DNA from: Podarcis gaigeae
Lineage: Eukaryota
Strand: one strand, 5' to 3'
NCBI GenBank assembly: GCA_964106915.2
Contig: OZ066927.1
DNA length: 64,000 nucleotides
Shown here: one piece after another, positions 13,395-25,902 of the stretch
How the letters are laid out: the number at the start of each line of letters is the position of its first letter
Numbering within the stretch: the first letter of the stretch is position 1
Made by a program: the position numbers and the translations under genes
The notes under the pieces: generated by a model
Seen by the model: the letters and a program-made list of their open reading frames with translations, nothing else
Databases searched by the model: none
What the model was told of the DNA's origin: nothing

Positions 13395-13660
13395 TTCCTA
13401 GCAGTGTTCAAAATTCTTCCTGATGTGTAATCGGAATCTCCTGTCTTGTAACTTGAATCCATCGATTCGAGTCCCACCCTCCAGATCAGAAGAAAGCAAG
13501 CTTGCTCTGTCCTCCATGTGACACACCTTTAGATATTTAAATGTGCCTCTTGTGACTCCTCACAGTCTCTTCCAATCCAGGCTGAACATACCCAGCTCCC
13601 TCAACCGTTCCTCATAAGGCTTGTTTTCCAGACCCTTGGTCTGCACACGTTCCAGCCAGA
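13395..13660 (-). mobile_element. CR1 LINE RT fragment
   Basis: Reverse complement resembles the CR1 at 21185-21733 (KPYEERLRELGMFSL region). Confidence 0.7.
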
Positions 13661-13716
13661 TGCCTCTGCTGTTGGATTCCAGCTCCTGTTTTTCTTTATT
13701 TTAATAAATGTATATA

Positions 13717-13932
13717 CAGTGGTACCTCGGGATGCGAACGGGATCCGTTCCAGACGGCGCGTCTGCACGTTGTGTTTTGCTGCGTCCACGCATGCAAATG
13801 ATGTCATTTTGAGAGTCTGTGCATGCGCAAGCGGCGAAACCCGGAAGTAACACACCCCGTTACTTCCGGGTTGCCACGGATCGCAACCCGAAAGTGCTCA
13901 ACCTGAAGCACATTCAACCCGAGGTATGACTG
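13717..13932 (+). mobile_element. Tc1/mariner MITE family B with internal hairpin
   Basis: CAGTGGTACCTCGG...CCGAGGTATGACTG with TA TSD; CpG-rich. Confidence 0.85.
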
Positions 13933-13990
13933 TAATGCTGAATGCCACAGTTTCTAAGCCAAACACAACAGAGGATGCAGGAGGGACACC

Positions 13991-14137
13991 CAGTGGCGTA
14001 GCATGGGGGGTGCAGGGAGGGCCGGCCGCACCAGGAGCAACATCTGGGGGTTAGGGTTAGGGGGCGCAAATCCACGGGTTAGGGGGGGCAAATTACTTGC
14101 CTTGCCCCGGGTGCTGACAACCCACGCTATGCCACTG
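13991..14137 (+). mobile_element. hAT MITE carrying TTAGGG motifs
   Basis: TIR CAGTGGCGTAGC / GCTATGCCACTG; perfect 8-bp TSD GGGACACC (13983-13990 and 14138-14145). Confidence 0.88.
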
Positions 14138-14643
14138 GGGACACCACAGCACAAAAGCAGTAGCAATGACTGGGGAAAACTTACTTTAAATGCCTGCTGA
14201 AATAAGTTCAAAGCATGAGGAAGTTCAGCAGGGAGGGAGTTTCTGATCTCAGCCTTGAGGGAATTCCACACACCCTGCAATGATAAGTGTGTGGTGGATA
14301 AAGGCCAAAGAATGGGTGCCACAAACAATGACTCCCAAAGACCTCAGGCAGGGATAGAAGGCATCAAATGGTCCTCAACGTATCCTGGACCCAAGTGCAT
14401 TCAATGACAAGGCCCTTTGCAACCAGCCCTCCTGCCATCATAGCCAATAGTCAGTGCTGCTACTCTGGGGAAAGTGAGGCCAGCGCCTTCCCTCCCAAGG
14501 CCATGTCTCTCATTGATGATTGCTTAGCTGGAAGGGAGGGGGGAGCTCCGCCTGCTGAAATGTGACCCAAACTCGTCCCCTCAGCCCACCCGCCCTGGTA
14601 CAGCACTCTGCAGATGCCCTGACTCTGTTTTGTTTCCAAACAG

Positions 14644-14816
14644 GCAAAGCCAACCACAATGTACAGTGGGATGAGGACTCCGTAGAATACATGCCAGCAA
14701 ACCCAGTCAGGATCGCATTTGTCTTGGTTGTTCATGGCAGAGCTTCCCGGCAGCTGACGCGCATGTTTAAGGCTATTTACCATAAAGACCATTTTTATTA
14801 CATTCATGTTGACAAG
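14644..14816 (+). CDS. XYLT1: XYLT1 exon 4 (173 nt): [58 protein letters not shown]
   Basis: Acceptor tttgtttccaaacag|GC, donor GACAAG|gtaata; start of GT14/GT-A domain; phase 1 to 0. Confidence 0.96.
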
Positions 14817-15447
14817 GTAATATATCACTGGTTATAAATTGCCTGTCTCGCCACCTGTCAATCTGCCCCTCTCCATTGCTTTTGCCCATCTCCCTCCTTT
14901 TCCTTCGTCATCTTTAATCTCCATCTTTAATGTCACTTATTGTGTGTGTTTCCCCCATACATCATGGTTTATGTATGTGTATCTTCAGCCTTTCCTCCTC
15001 TTCACTGTGTCCATCCATCCCTTTTTATGTATCCCAGGTCCATTTCTACCTGTAGTATGTGTACAATGCTAACTGATGAGCCGTTCCAGCAGGCATGGGG
15101 AACTTGAGGCCCTACACATCTCAGACTACAACTCCCATCAACCATGCTGGATGGGGTAGATGGGAGTTGGAGTCCAGGAACATCTGGAGGTTCACCACCA
15201 CCCCTGCCATTAAAGGCTCAGATAATTGAAAAGAGCTTCAGTTCTGGCCAGACCAGATGAAAGAGAATTAAAAGGGGGGGTGTTCTTCTTGATGCTTCCA
15301 CATTAGTATACAATGAACAAATGGATTTGGTCTGTGATAAGACTTGGAGAAGAAGGTGAAATAAATATTAATGGTGCATCCTTTGCACATCTACTCAGAA
15401 GTAAGCCCCATTGAGTCCATTGGGGCTTGCTCCCAGTTGAATGAGAG

Positions 15448-15802
15448 GGAGGGTGGTGCTGTGGGTTAAACCACAAAGCCTAGGACTTGCTGATCAGAAG
15501 TCAGCGGTTCGAATCCCCACGACGGGGTGAGCTCCCATTGCTCGGTCCCTGCTCCTTCCAACCTAGCAGTTCAAAAACACATCAAAGTGCAAGTAGAAAA
15601 ATACGTACTGCTCCTGCAGGAAGGTAAACAGCATTTCCGTGTGCTGCTTTGGTTCACCAGAAGCAGCTTAGTCATGCTGGCTACATGACCCGGAAACTGT
15701 ACGCCGGCTCCCTCGGCCAGTAAAGCGAGATGAGCGCCGCAACCCCAGAGTCGGCCACGACTGGACCTAATGGTCAGGGGTCCCTTTACCTTTACCTTTA
15801 CC
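15448..15802 (+). mobile_element. Sauria SINE, near full length
   Basis: tRNA-derived head (ggtgctgtgggttaaacc, ggttcgaatcccc), Sauria body, (ACCTTT)n tail; TSD TGAGAG. Confidence 0.9.
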
Positions 15803-15982
15803 TGAGAGTGAGTCTGGTTGAACTCAGTGGGGCTTACTTCTGACTGAGGTGACATGCCTGGAATTGCACAGCAATTGTTGCTTTCGTTAGAATACTATTT
15901 TCTGTACAAACTCCCACTCAGAATTCTCTCTCTCTGTAAAACAGTTTAATTGAAACTATTCTAAGAAATGTGTGAACTTCAA

Positions 15983-16039
<57 letters not shown>
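15983..16039. repeat. (ATT)n microsatellite, ~19 units
   Basis: Direct reading. Confidence 0.97.
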
Positions 16040-16040
<1 letters not shown>

Positions 16041-16154
16041 CTACTATTCTTAATTAGTTGCTTCTCAGCAAACTCCTGTAGGTAACATTCAGGGTCCCCA
16101 TTTTCACATAACAGTGAGCCACAAGGAGAAGCAAACCATGGTTTACCAAAAACA

Positions 16155-16335
16155 TAAGAAGCTGCCTTCTACTGAGTCAGCCCAGTGCTCCATCCAGCTC
16201 TATATTGTCTGCACTGATTGGCTGTGGCTCTTCAGAATTTCAGGCAGGGTACTCTTCCTGCCATATTTGGGAGATGCTGAGGATTGAACCTAGGACTACT
16301 GTGTGCAAAGCAGGTGCTCTACCACTGAGTTAGGA
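16155..16335 (-). mobile_element. tRNA-derived SINE (Squam3-like); other copies ~4085-4220, ~7955-8110, ~11005-11070, ~19075-19230
   Basis: Reverse A/B boxes (ctctaccactgag, gattgaacc) and tail aagaagctgcctt. Confidence 0.65.
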
Positions 16336-16456
16336 TGCTTCCTTGTGTGCCCCCTCCATGAGAGGTCTGGAGGGTGACCACACAAGAACAGGCCTCTTCT
16401 GTGGTGGCTCCCCACCTTTGGAATGCTCTCCCCAGGGAGCCTCACCTGGTGCCTTC

Positions 16457-17258
16457 ATTTTTATTTTTAACAATAGTTTTTATTGGGGGGGGGTGTTACA
16501 AACAGGGAATGCTGCATCTGTTTTCTCCACTTTTAGTTCATCGTCCTTTTCACGGTTCATTTGGTGAGAGACATTTTTGTCATAGACACCTTACATCACC
16601 TTACAACACAAACAAGTGCCTCATAGTACAATTGCAAGTCTGGCAGGGCAAAGCCTCCACTTCCTTTTGTATCTACTGAAATTTTATATTTAATTCTTGG
16701 CCTTCCCCCCTGCCAGATAAATTTAGGGGGGGGTCCATTCTTTGAAGCAACTTGCATTATTTACCATCAGAATTGATTGGAATAAAATCAGCATCCTAAG
16801 AAGTACATTCATTTTAACAACTGAAATTCTACCTAGCAGGGGAAGTTTCATCCTTCCCCAGGTCTCCAAGTCTTTCTTAACCTCTTTCCCCAATTTAATA
16901 TAATTGTTTACAGATAAGTTGAGGTTCCTTGCTGTCAGCCGAATTCCCAAATATTTGACTTTTTTACCTATTTTTAAACCAGACAACCTTTCTGAAATGT
17001 TTTTTCAACTGATCATCCATGTTTTTAACCAACATTTTGGTTGTGTCTGAATTTATTTTAAAACCTGCCACTTCTCCAAACCTTTTGATTTCTTCTAGCA
17101 CTTTCGGGACATTCTCTAATGGTTGTTCCAATGTTGACGCCACATCATCAGCAAATGCCCTTAATTTATAGACTCTACATCCCACTCCAATACCTTTAAT
17201 TCCCCTATTTCTCCTCATGTTCTGAAGCAATATTTCTAACGTCCAGATACAAATGGGG
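16457..17258 (-). mobile_element. L1-clade LINE fragment (frameshifted RT plus probable 3' end)
   Basis: ORFs 16964..17263 (RAFADD) and 16723..16986 (VKYLGI, GRISVVKMNVL) are L1 ORF2 RT motifs in two frames; A-rich tail with AATAAA on the minus strand near 16460-16485. Confidence 0.85.
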
Positions 17259-17734
17259 ACCATTGGTCAGGGGTGATGGAGAGCTGGACTCCCAAAAATA
17301 TGTGGAAGGCCCCAGATTCCCTGTGCCCATTCTAGGATGAATTGACAATTGCCTTGGACACTCGTCATTCACAAAAGCAAAACTGAATACTGTAAATAGA
17401 TGGAGCTTCCCAAAATGAAGTCTGTCTCAGGCTACAACCCTATACACACTTGCCTTGGAAGAGGACTTAACTTGTAAGCAAGCACATCTGGCATTCTATA
17501 GGTTTTTTTTCTTTGCAATGAGTCAGTAAATGCTTTGCCACACAAAATGGAGAATATTTCCACTGAGCCTCTCTCGGTGCCTCTTCCCGTTCCATCTGCA
17601 CTTAAGGAACACTGGAGGAAGATAATGATGGGGAACATGGCTGTATGGTTTATGCATGTGCAAATGTGTCAGAAGCCTTTTCATTAAATTTTCTCCTCCT
17701 TCTTGCTCCCCCACCCCACCCTGTTGCCTTAAAG

Positions 17735-17937
17735 CGCTCCAATTACCTGTACCGGCAAGTGCTCCAGTTTGTGAACCAGTATCCAAATGTGAAAGTTACT
17801 TCTTGGCGCATGGCAACGATCTGGGGAGGAGCGAGCCTTTTGTCGACCTACTTGCAGAGTATGCAGGATTTAATGGAAATGAAGGACTGGCAGTGGGATT
17901 TCTTCATTAACCTAAGTGCTGCCGACTACCCAATCAG
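17735..17937 (+). CDS. XYLT1: XYLT1 exon 5 (203 nt): [11 protein letters not shown]...WGGASLL...[13 protein letters not shown]
   Basis: Acceptor gttgccttaaag|CGC, donor ATCAG|gtacag; GT14 motifs TIWGGASLL and NLSAADYP. Confidence 0.96.
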
Positions 17938-19346
17938 GTACAGTGATTCACTCCTTTTGGAACTAGTTATGGTTTCCTTGTTATAAGAATTGCCTTGGCT
18001 GGATCTGACTTAGGGTTCTTCTAACCCAGTGATGTGTTTCCAGCGGTGGACAGCCAAATAGTATCAACAACCTTCCAAGAAGCAAGGCAGTAGTTCAGGC
18101 ATGGCGAGCTTAAAGTATCAGCATTGTTATTTCAATATGTATGATGCTTTTCTACCCAGGTATGTCCAAAGTGGCTTACAACACGATAGCAAAAAAAATA
18201 CATCTCAATGCATCATTACAGTAATAAGCAGTCTAATAGCAACTCATTTCAAAACATAACTTGACAATCCAATTTTCTTTTAAAATCATTTGGATAATAA
18301 CAACATTGTAACATTTAAAATTCATTATAGAACGGGCAATGATCATTAAAATGAAAATGAATTTGTATGTTTTTGTGCTGAAATATAGAAAACTAGAATA
18401 AGAAAAGATGTAACTTTTCAGTGCAGACAGGTATTAATAAATGGTATAACCAGGAGCCAATTCATCAAAAACACCAAGTGCATGAAATAGCATCCAGCTT
18501 GCTTATACAAGGCCTGCCAACCTGGCACCCGTGGGCACAGAGATTCTTCCAGAAGCGTTCCCTGGTGCCCAAAAAGATTGCCAGCCCCTTCCTCAGAACC
18601 TGCAGCAGACGATCTCTCAATCTTCCACTCACTAAGGCCAAATCTGCACTATACATTTAAAGCAGTGTGATGCCACTTTAAACTATTATGGCTTCCCCCA
18701 GAGAATTCTTGGAGCCATAGTTCATTAAGGGTGGTGAGAATTGTTTGAAGACCCCCTGTTTCCCTTTCACGTTTCCTAGAACTCCCTGGGAAGAAGAATT
18801 AACTATTGAACCACTCTGGGTGTGTTTAGTGGGGGAAGGTGGAGTTTGACCTCCGCTTTGCTTGACCTTGCCTTTACCCTCTGCTTTGTTGGACATTACC
18901 TTGCTAGCACTTGACCTTTCTTTGACCAAACTTTCCTTGACTTGGTTCTGGAACAGGGCTGGTAGTATGTGGCCAGATGTCCCCTGACTCTCCGCCTAGT
19001 GCAAGTTCCCTTGAGCTAGAATTCTGTCCTGCAGTTGAGGTCACCGCCTGGGACAAAGCCAAAATGTCTTATAAAGGACCCATAGCTTTGCATCTGTTTT
19101 GCATGCAAAGGGCCCCAGGTCCAGCAGGGCTAGGAGAGATTCCCTCTCTGATACTCTGGAGAGCCCTTACCAGTCAATGTAGAAAATACCGAGCTTTATG
19201 GAGCATTGGTCTATGTTCCCAAAAATAAGAACTAATCAAAAGTGGAACAATTCTGCCTTGGCGGGTTGGGTGCTGTTCTTTGATGAATATATTTAAACAG
19301 ATACTGACGGGGTGCTGTAATTGCAAACTCCCTGCATTGCAGATCC

Positions 19347-19394
<48 letters not shown>
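19347..19394. repeat. (AAT)n microsatellite, ~16 units
   Basis: Direct reading. Confidence 0.97.
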
Positions 19395-20042
19395 GAATGC
19401 TAGGTGAGGTTGTTTAGAAAACCCCTTTATGTACTCCAGATGGGCTTGATAGACTCTTTAACTGCGAACAAGCTGATGGCTGGTCTTTAAAGAAAGGTCA
19501 AACCAAATAATATGCAAGTCAGGGGAGTTGTTTTGTGCTGTCATAAGATGCATTTGCTTCTTAGCTCTTATCCAGAGTACAGACTTCTCTCTGTTCTGGG
19601 TAGTGAATTTCCCGGTAAGAAGGAATGTTCTTCTTGTTTGTTTTTAAACTGTACCCAGAGGTGCCCTAAGGTCGGAATCAAGGAGGTTGGTTTGTCCTTT
19701 CTGTTCCTGCCTACCCTCAAAGGGAGGAGGGTGGGGAGGCTGGAGGCGGGAGACGTTAAATCTGGCAGCTTCGAGAAAAGCCACTTTTTTCACAGTGTCA
19801 CGGTTGGGCTGTGGGCAGCAGTCTGGGGTGAGCTGGGAATAGGGCTGGAGGGAAAATCCTATTCAGTTTGCATTTAAAGGTGAGCCAACTGAATTTGCAC
19901 TTTCTGGAACAAATAGGAGAAAAGAAACACAGCCAGCCTTCGCAATCTGCACTTCTCTGAATTTTGCAGTGCCAAATAAATGTTTACCAGAATGCATATG
20001 CTGGAGTAAAGCGTGCATAAAAATGCATCTATTAATGAAAAT

Positions 20043-20065
20043 ACACACACACACACACACACACA
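20043..20065. repeat. (AC)n microsatellite
   Basis: Direct reading. Confidence 0.9.
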
Positions 20066-21184
20066 AATGAATTGCATGGGAGAAAGTTGTTTTGCAATAA
20101 TGTGTATATTAGGAGAGGTTCGCACTAAAATGCTGATGAATTTTTAAGAGTTGGGGGGTTGTGTGTTTTTTTACAAAAGCAAACTGATGTGAAGACTGAG
20201 AAACAATGGGAAACCAAAATGGGCAAATTCACTCACCCTAGTTGGGAGCCGACAGCTGTAGGGCAAGCTGGCAGCCAGAGCCAAAGGACAAGTGAGACAG
20301 GATTGATGGTCCACAGAGGCAGGACCACAGAATAACAAAGGATGCAGGAGCACACCTGAGCTCAGGAAGACCATGTTGCTCAAAAAAGAGATGGGGAACC
20401 TTTTTCAGACTGAGGGCCACCTTTTCTTCTAGGCTACCCTGCAAGGGCCACTTGCCAGTGGTGAGTGAGGCCAGATCCAAAACTGGGTGAAGCAATTGTT
20501 TTAAATTGCACAGCTTAAATGTCCTGCATCACCCCAGCAATCAGTCAACATTATTTGGCCATTGTGCAAGGATAAGTCATCTTTTGACTACAAAGGCACT
20601 CTTCTCTGAACACCAGGAGTAATTAAAATGTCTGCCAAAGGAGAGTCCCCACAAAAGCATGATGTTGAACACCCCCCCAAAAAAGGGCAGATGAGGCATT
20701 GATAACCCGCCTCTCAAAAAACATTGGTTCAAACTTTTCTTTTCAAAACTTTCTGTCCAGAATTTAAGACCATTGTGTCTAATAGCTGTATTGACTAATC
20801 CTCCTGATAACAAGAAAAAAGCAAGACTAAACGATGAGTGTTTATTGTCTCAGTGAAACCACAGTGGACAGATTGCCTGACACCACTCTGTTGACTTGAG
20901 TTGTTTGCTAAATGTGATAAGCAAAGCTGTGATTTACATTGAAGCGCTGCTGTTCAGCTTTCACACTAGCTTTGCAAAACCTTGAAGGGGAGAAAAGTTA
21001 TTTTATAAAATGCAGAAATGATTGGATGCCTTGCGGGGAAAGTTCCCTAGTTAACCTAGCTGTCATAAAATAAAATAAAAAATGTAATGGCAATGGGAAA
21101 TGAATCCAGTTGGCTAGAGATGCACATTTCAAATGCTGTTCTTCCTTGTTTGCGGTATTCAGTGACTGAATGTGCTTTACTGAG

Positions 21185-21733
21185 TTAGGCTGCAGACACA
21201 AAGCCAGTGAGAATCTGCTCTATTCTGCCTTGGTCAGACCCCACCTGGAGTCCTGTGTCCCAGCACAGTTTATGAAGGATATGGACAAGCTGGAACATGT
21301 GCAGAGGAGGGTGACCAAGATGGTCAAGGGTCTGGAAACCAAGCCTTATGAGGAACAATTGAGAGAGTTTGGTACATTTAGCCTCTAGAAGAGAGGACTG
21401 AGAGGTGAAATGATGGCCATCAAATACCTGAAATGATATCTGGATGATGGAGCAAGCTTGTTTTCTGCTGCTCCAGAGGGTAGGACCCAAAACAGTGAAT
21501 TCAAATGACAAGAAATGAGATTACGACTAAACGTTAGGAAGATCTTTCTGATGGTAAGAGCTGTTCAGCAGTGGAAAAGAGTACTTTGGAAGGTGATGGA
21601 CTCTTCCTTCATTGGAGGTTTTTAAACAGGTTGAATGGCCATCTGTCAGGGAGTGTTTAGCTGTGATGGCTCCATTGCAGGAAGTTGGATTAGATTACTC
21701 TTGGAGTCCCTTCTCACTCTACAATTCTATTCT
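21185..21733 (+). mobile_element. CR1 LINE 3' end
   Basis: [11 protein letters not shown]...[26 protein letters not shown]; CR1 3' UTR ending acaattctattct. Confidence 0.9.
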
Positions 21734-22327
21734 AACTGGTCTGCTCCCCTCACTGACCTCCTAGCAAGCTGATATATGGCTTTTCACCTACCACCTTAAA
21801 GAAGGAACATCAGATAGCTGTTGGTGGAGCAGCCTAGGACAGGGCAATCTGGGTTCAATCCCCACTCATCCATGAAGCTTACTGGGCATACATGAGTTAG
21901 TCAACACTAATTTAACCCTCCCTCACTTAATGACATCCTAGTTTATTTTGATGCCCCAGAATTCCATGTTCATCCTGTGCATTTGTCCACCAGCACCCCA
22001 GAGAAAACAGACTCTACGCAAAGCTGGAGAAGTGTGCTTTTGGCCTGACCCAAGTTGAATTTGGGGGATTGTTACCACCCCAAGTCATTAAAATTGATTC
22101 CTGAAAAGAATTGTGGAGGTGCCCAGCATTTACTCGGCTTCACAGATTATTACAGGTGCTTTATCCTCAAATTTGCCACAATAGTCATTTCATTGACAGA
22201 TTTGTTGTGAAGTCAGTCCATCTTCGACTGGGTCCCTGCAGCTCAAAGTGCTTTTCTCAACCTCAAACAGGAGTTCACCGTGGCATCTATGCTTGTCAAC
22301 TCAGATCAGACAGAACCATTCATTTCC

Positions 22328-22868
22328 TTTTTTTAATAGATATTTATTAAGATTATATTAAAAACAAAACATAACAACAATACAATCAAACACAAACAAC
22401 AACAACAAAAACAAGTATAATTTCATTCCCTTATTTTCTTATACCTTACTTTCCCGACTTCCCCATACCTCCCCTCTCTGTATTCAAATTTCTATTTTAT
22501 TAATTCAGCAAATCCTTTCCCTTAATTTCATTTAGTTTTTAACCCTTCTTTTCTTACTACTTATCCAATCCGGCTGGAAACCACACAGTTTCTAAACCAA
22601 CGTCATTCTAACATTCATTAACTTTGCAATATTTCTTGAGATAGTGCTTGAATTCCTTCCAATCTTCTTCTGCTGTCTCTCTCCCCTGGTCTCGGATTCT
22701 GCCAGTCATTTCTGCCAGTCCCATATAGTCTATCACCTTCATCTGCCATTCTTCCAAGGTGGGTAGATCTTGTGTCTTCCAATACTTTGCGATGAGTATT
22801 CTTGCTGCTGTTGTAGCATACATAAAGAATGTTCTGTCCTTCTTTGGCACCGTTTGGCCGACAAAACG
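22328..22868 (-). mobile_element. 5'-truncated L1 (ORF2 C-terminus, 3' UTR, poly A)
   Basis: ORF 22608..22898 (ATTAARILIAKYWK...EEW); perfect 19-bp TSD GACAGAACCATTCATTTCC at 22309-22327 and 22869-22887. Confidence 0.9.
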
Positions 22869-23248
22869 GACAGAACCATTCATTTCCAATGCCTCCACTG
22901 TGGTTGTTGGGGCAGTGTTACACCGATCTCAACTTCTCCATCCATGTACATGTTTTTTCTTGAGAACTGTCCCCCCACTGCAGAATGCATCTTGCTTGCA
23001 GAAATGTGTGCATTAGTCAAAACTGCATATTGAAAATGTGTTTATTTGCATTAAAATGCTGATGAACTTCCATGAGGATTCTTTTAAAAAGAAAAGAAAG
23101 TATAAATGGCTGCAAAATGTGGAGAGCTGAATTTAAGATTCGGTAGGGGGGATTATTGGGTTGTTTTTGTTTTTGTTATGTATTTTGTGTTTTTATACTG
23201 TGACTTTATGTTGTGAACTGCCCTGAGACCTGTAGGATTAGCGCAGTA

Positions 23249-23492
23249 CAATCGTACCTTGGATCCCAAACACCTTGGTACTTGGACATTTTGAATCCCG
23301 AACGCCGCAAACCTGAGTGTTCCACTTTGCGAACACTCTTTGGAACCCAAACATCCAAGGCGACTTCCGCAGCTTCCAATTAGCTGCAGGAGCTTCCTGC
23401 AGCCAATCAGAAGCCGCGCTTTGGTTTCCGAAATTTTTTGAAGTCGAATGGACTCCCAGAACGGATTCCGTTTGTCTTCCAAGGTACGACTG
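23249..23492 (+). mobile_element. Tc1/mariner MITE family C inserted in an L2-like 3' tail
   Basis: CAATCGTACCTTGG...CCAAGGTACGACTG with TA TSD; host tail matches an uninterrupted copy at ~36880-37010. Confidence 0.82.
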
Positions 23493-25077
23493 TATACATA
23501 TTTAATAAATAATAAAAATTTGAAAAATGAAAAATGAGAGAACCGACATGAACAGATCCTTCCATCCCTACCTAGGACTCTGCATTAAAGGGGGCCCACT
23601 TTCTCTGCAGGCCTGCAAGAACAGGAATGAATCTCATTGAAACAAACTCTTCCCTTTGTCCACCGCCACCCAAAAAAGTATCCAGCGTAACCCAGCCTTC
23701 GTTGCTAAAGCAAACATTTTCTTCCCGTCAGTGAAATGAAGAGGAAGCAATGAAGGAAAGGGGGGAGTATTGAGGTTAGGAAGCTAGTCCAAAGAATTGC
23801 AAAGCACATCCCACCATGTTGATATGAGAGAGGGAGGGAATTAAATGAAAATCCATGCGCAGGCAGGCCAGGCCATTGGTGGTGCCACGCATGTGTCCAC
23901 AGCTCTCCCATTTCATTTTGGAATTGGGAAAGGCTGGCCAGGCCATGGCTTATTAATACCGCAATCCAGACAGAACAGGTGGCGTTCATTCCTGAGCATT
24001 CATTCAGCACTTCTGACCTTTCCATACCAAAGGTTCCAGATTCTATCCCCAGCATCTCCCGGTAGCGCTGGGTGAGACTTCCACGCACAATACCCTTCCG
24101 CACACAGTCCCTTAGCAAGCACCACATGCCAGAGTGATGTGTACATCCAGCCACAAAGCAGCGTGTTTTCATTCATCGTAAGATTTCACTGCCCTGTTTA
24201 AAAAGATGCCAAACACTCTGGTGAAACCCTGATAAGCTTTGAATAACCACTGGGACTTCGAGTTTATCCAGAATACACACCACATGTTTTCCTTTCCATC
24301 ACTGAAGAGCCAGAGCAAAATCCTGGGCCGTCGCTATCAGCATTCCCCACCCAGCCGACACTTCGCCCAGCCCCATGATCACTTTCCCAACCAAGTGCAT
24401 TCAGAAGATCTCAGCCCCTCCTTCTTGCAGGAACATACAGAAACGATTCTGATGCCATTTTATCTGCCTTCGTTGCAGCTTTGCACCAAGGTGACGCTTC
24501 TTTCCTGCTGTGAAGGCAAGGAGAAATATATTTTGCTATATGATTGCCGTGGTGGTTTAAAAAAAAAAAAGCCCACACCAAGAGAGGGTTTCCCAAATCC
24601 TTATCTTTGTTGTACAGATGTTGGGTTTGCAGCCAAAATTCACTCCCCAAATTAGGATGGGCTGCCTCTTACTGCACTTCAAACTCATGAAAAGCTGGGA
24701 TATGAGGAATGAGGCATCGTGTCATCCATTAAAAAACAACAACAAACAAACCAGGGTTGGCATCACTAGGGCAGCATCTAGGGTCCAAGCACCCCAGGAG
24801 CACACACAGATGAGGCCCCATCCTCTGATCACAGACCTGACTTCTCTGGCAGCAGTGGCAGGGTCTCAGAAGCAGCCCAGCATTTCAGATTTCCTGTAAG
24901 TCACCCAAGAGATGTTGGCATGGAGGGCAACTGAAACGAAAGGCAGTTTGCAACTACCTACCACGAGTGCTGCTGCCCATCACCACCAATAACTGAAGTT
25001 TGGAAGCCAATGATGTCAAGAGGGAAATGACACTTTGCAGGTGATCGAAGGACAGGGACTTAAAACTGAAGCCAGCT

Positions 25078-25381
25078 CTAGGCCACATCCACACCATACG
25101 TTTAAAGCAGTATCATAGCATTTGAAGCAGTCATGGCTTTCCCCCAAGGAATCCTGAGAACCATAGTGTGTTAAGGGTGCTGAGAGTTGTTTGGAGACTC
25201 CTATTCCTTATACAGAGTTCATTGGGAGGATAGATTTACTGTTATACTGTTCTGGGAATTGGAGTTATAAGAGGGGAATAGGGGTCTCCTCGGCACCCTT
25301 AACAAACCACAGCTCCCAGAATTCTTTTGGGGAAGCCATGACTGTTTAAAGCGGTCTAAGAGTGGTTTAAATGTGTAGCCC
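25078..25381. mobile_element. Long palindromic MITE family; copies also ~18645-18810, 32745-32905, 33360-33610, 37570-37730, 41050-41370, 43320-43470, 53083-53372
   Basis: Arms cacaccatac-tttaaagca...gttaagggtgctgag with their reverse complement. Confidence 0.75.
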
Positions 25382-25667
25382 AAATGGGGTCTTAGTTAAC
25401 TAAGCTGTTGGGAATTGGAACAGGGCTGTTCTGTTCCATCCATAGATGGTACCCTCCAGGCAGCAAAGTTGATGGTGGGTCCAGCACCTTGGAGAGCTCA
25501 GAGTGATCAAGTTGCTCCTGCAAAGGGTGGAGGTGAATTGAGGAGGAGCTGCTATTAAAATGCCACCATAAATGTCCTTGATGTTCACTGGGGTCATCCA
25601 AAATAGCTGAAAGGTGGAAGTTTCTGGACAGGTAAAAGGAAGCCATCCTTCACATAGCAAAAAGATA

Positions 25668-25902
25668 CAGTAGTACCTCAGGTTAAGTACTTAATTCGTT
25701 CCGGAGGTCCGTTCTTAAGCTGAAACTGTTCTTAACCTGAAGCACCACTTTAGCTAATGGGGCCTCCTGCTGCGCCGCTGGAGCACGATTTCTGTTCTCA
25801 TCCTGAAGCAAAGTTCTTAACCTGAAGCACTATTTCTGGGTTAGCGGAGTCTGTAACTGAAGTGTATGTAACCTGAAGCGTATGTAACCCGAGGTACCAC
25901 TG
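25668..25902 (-). mobile_element. Tc1/mariner MITE family A (reverse orientation)
   Basis: Reverse complement of 11465-11690 and 56129-56370; TA TSD. Confidence 0.9.

Noticed and set aside
14045-14090. True telomere or chromosome fusion site
   Set aside because: Only three TTAGGG units, enclosed by TIRs and an 8-bp TSD
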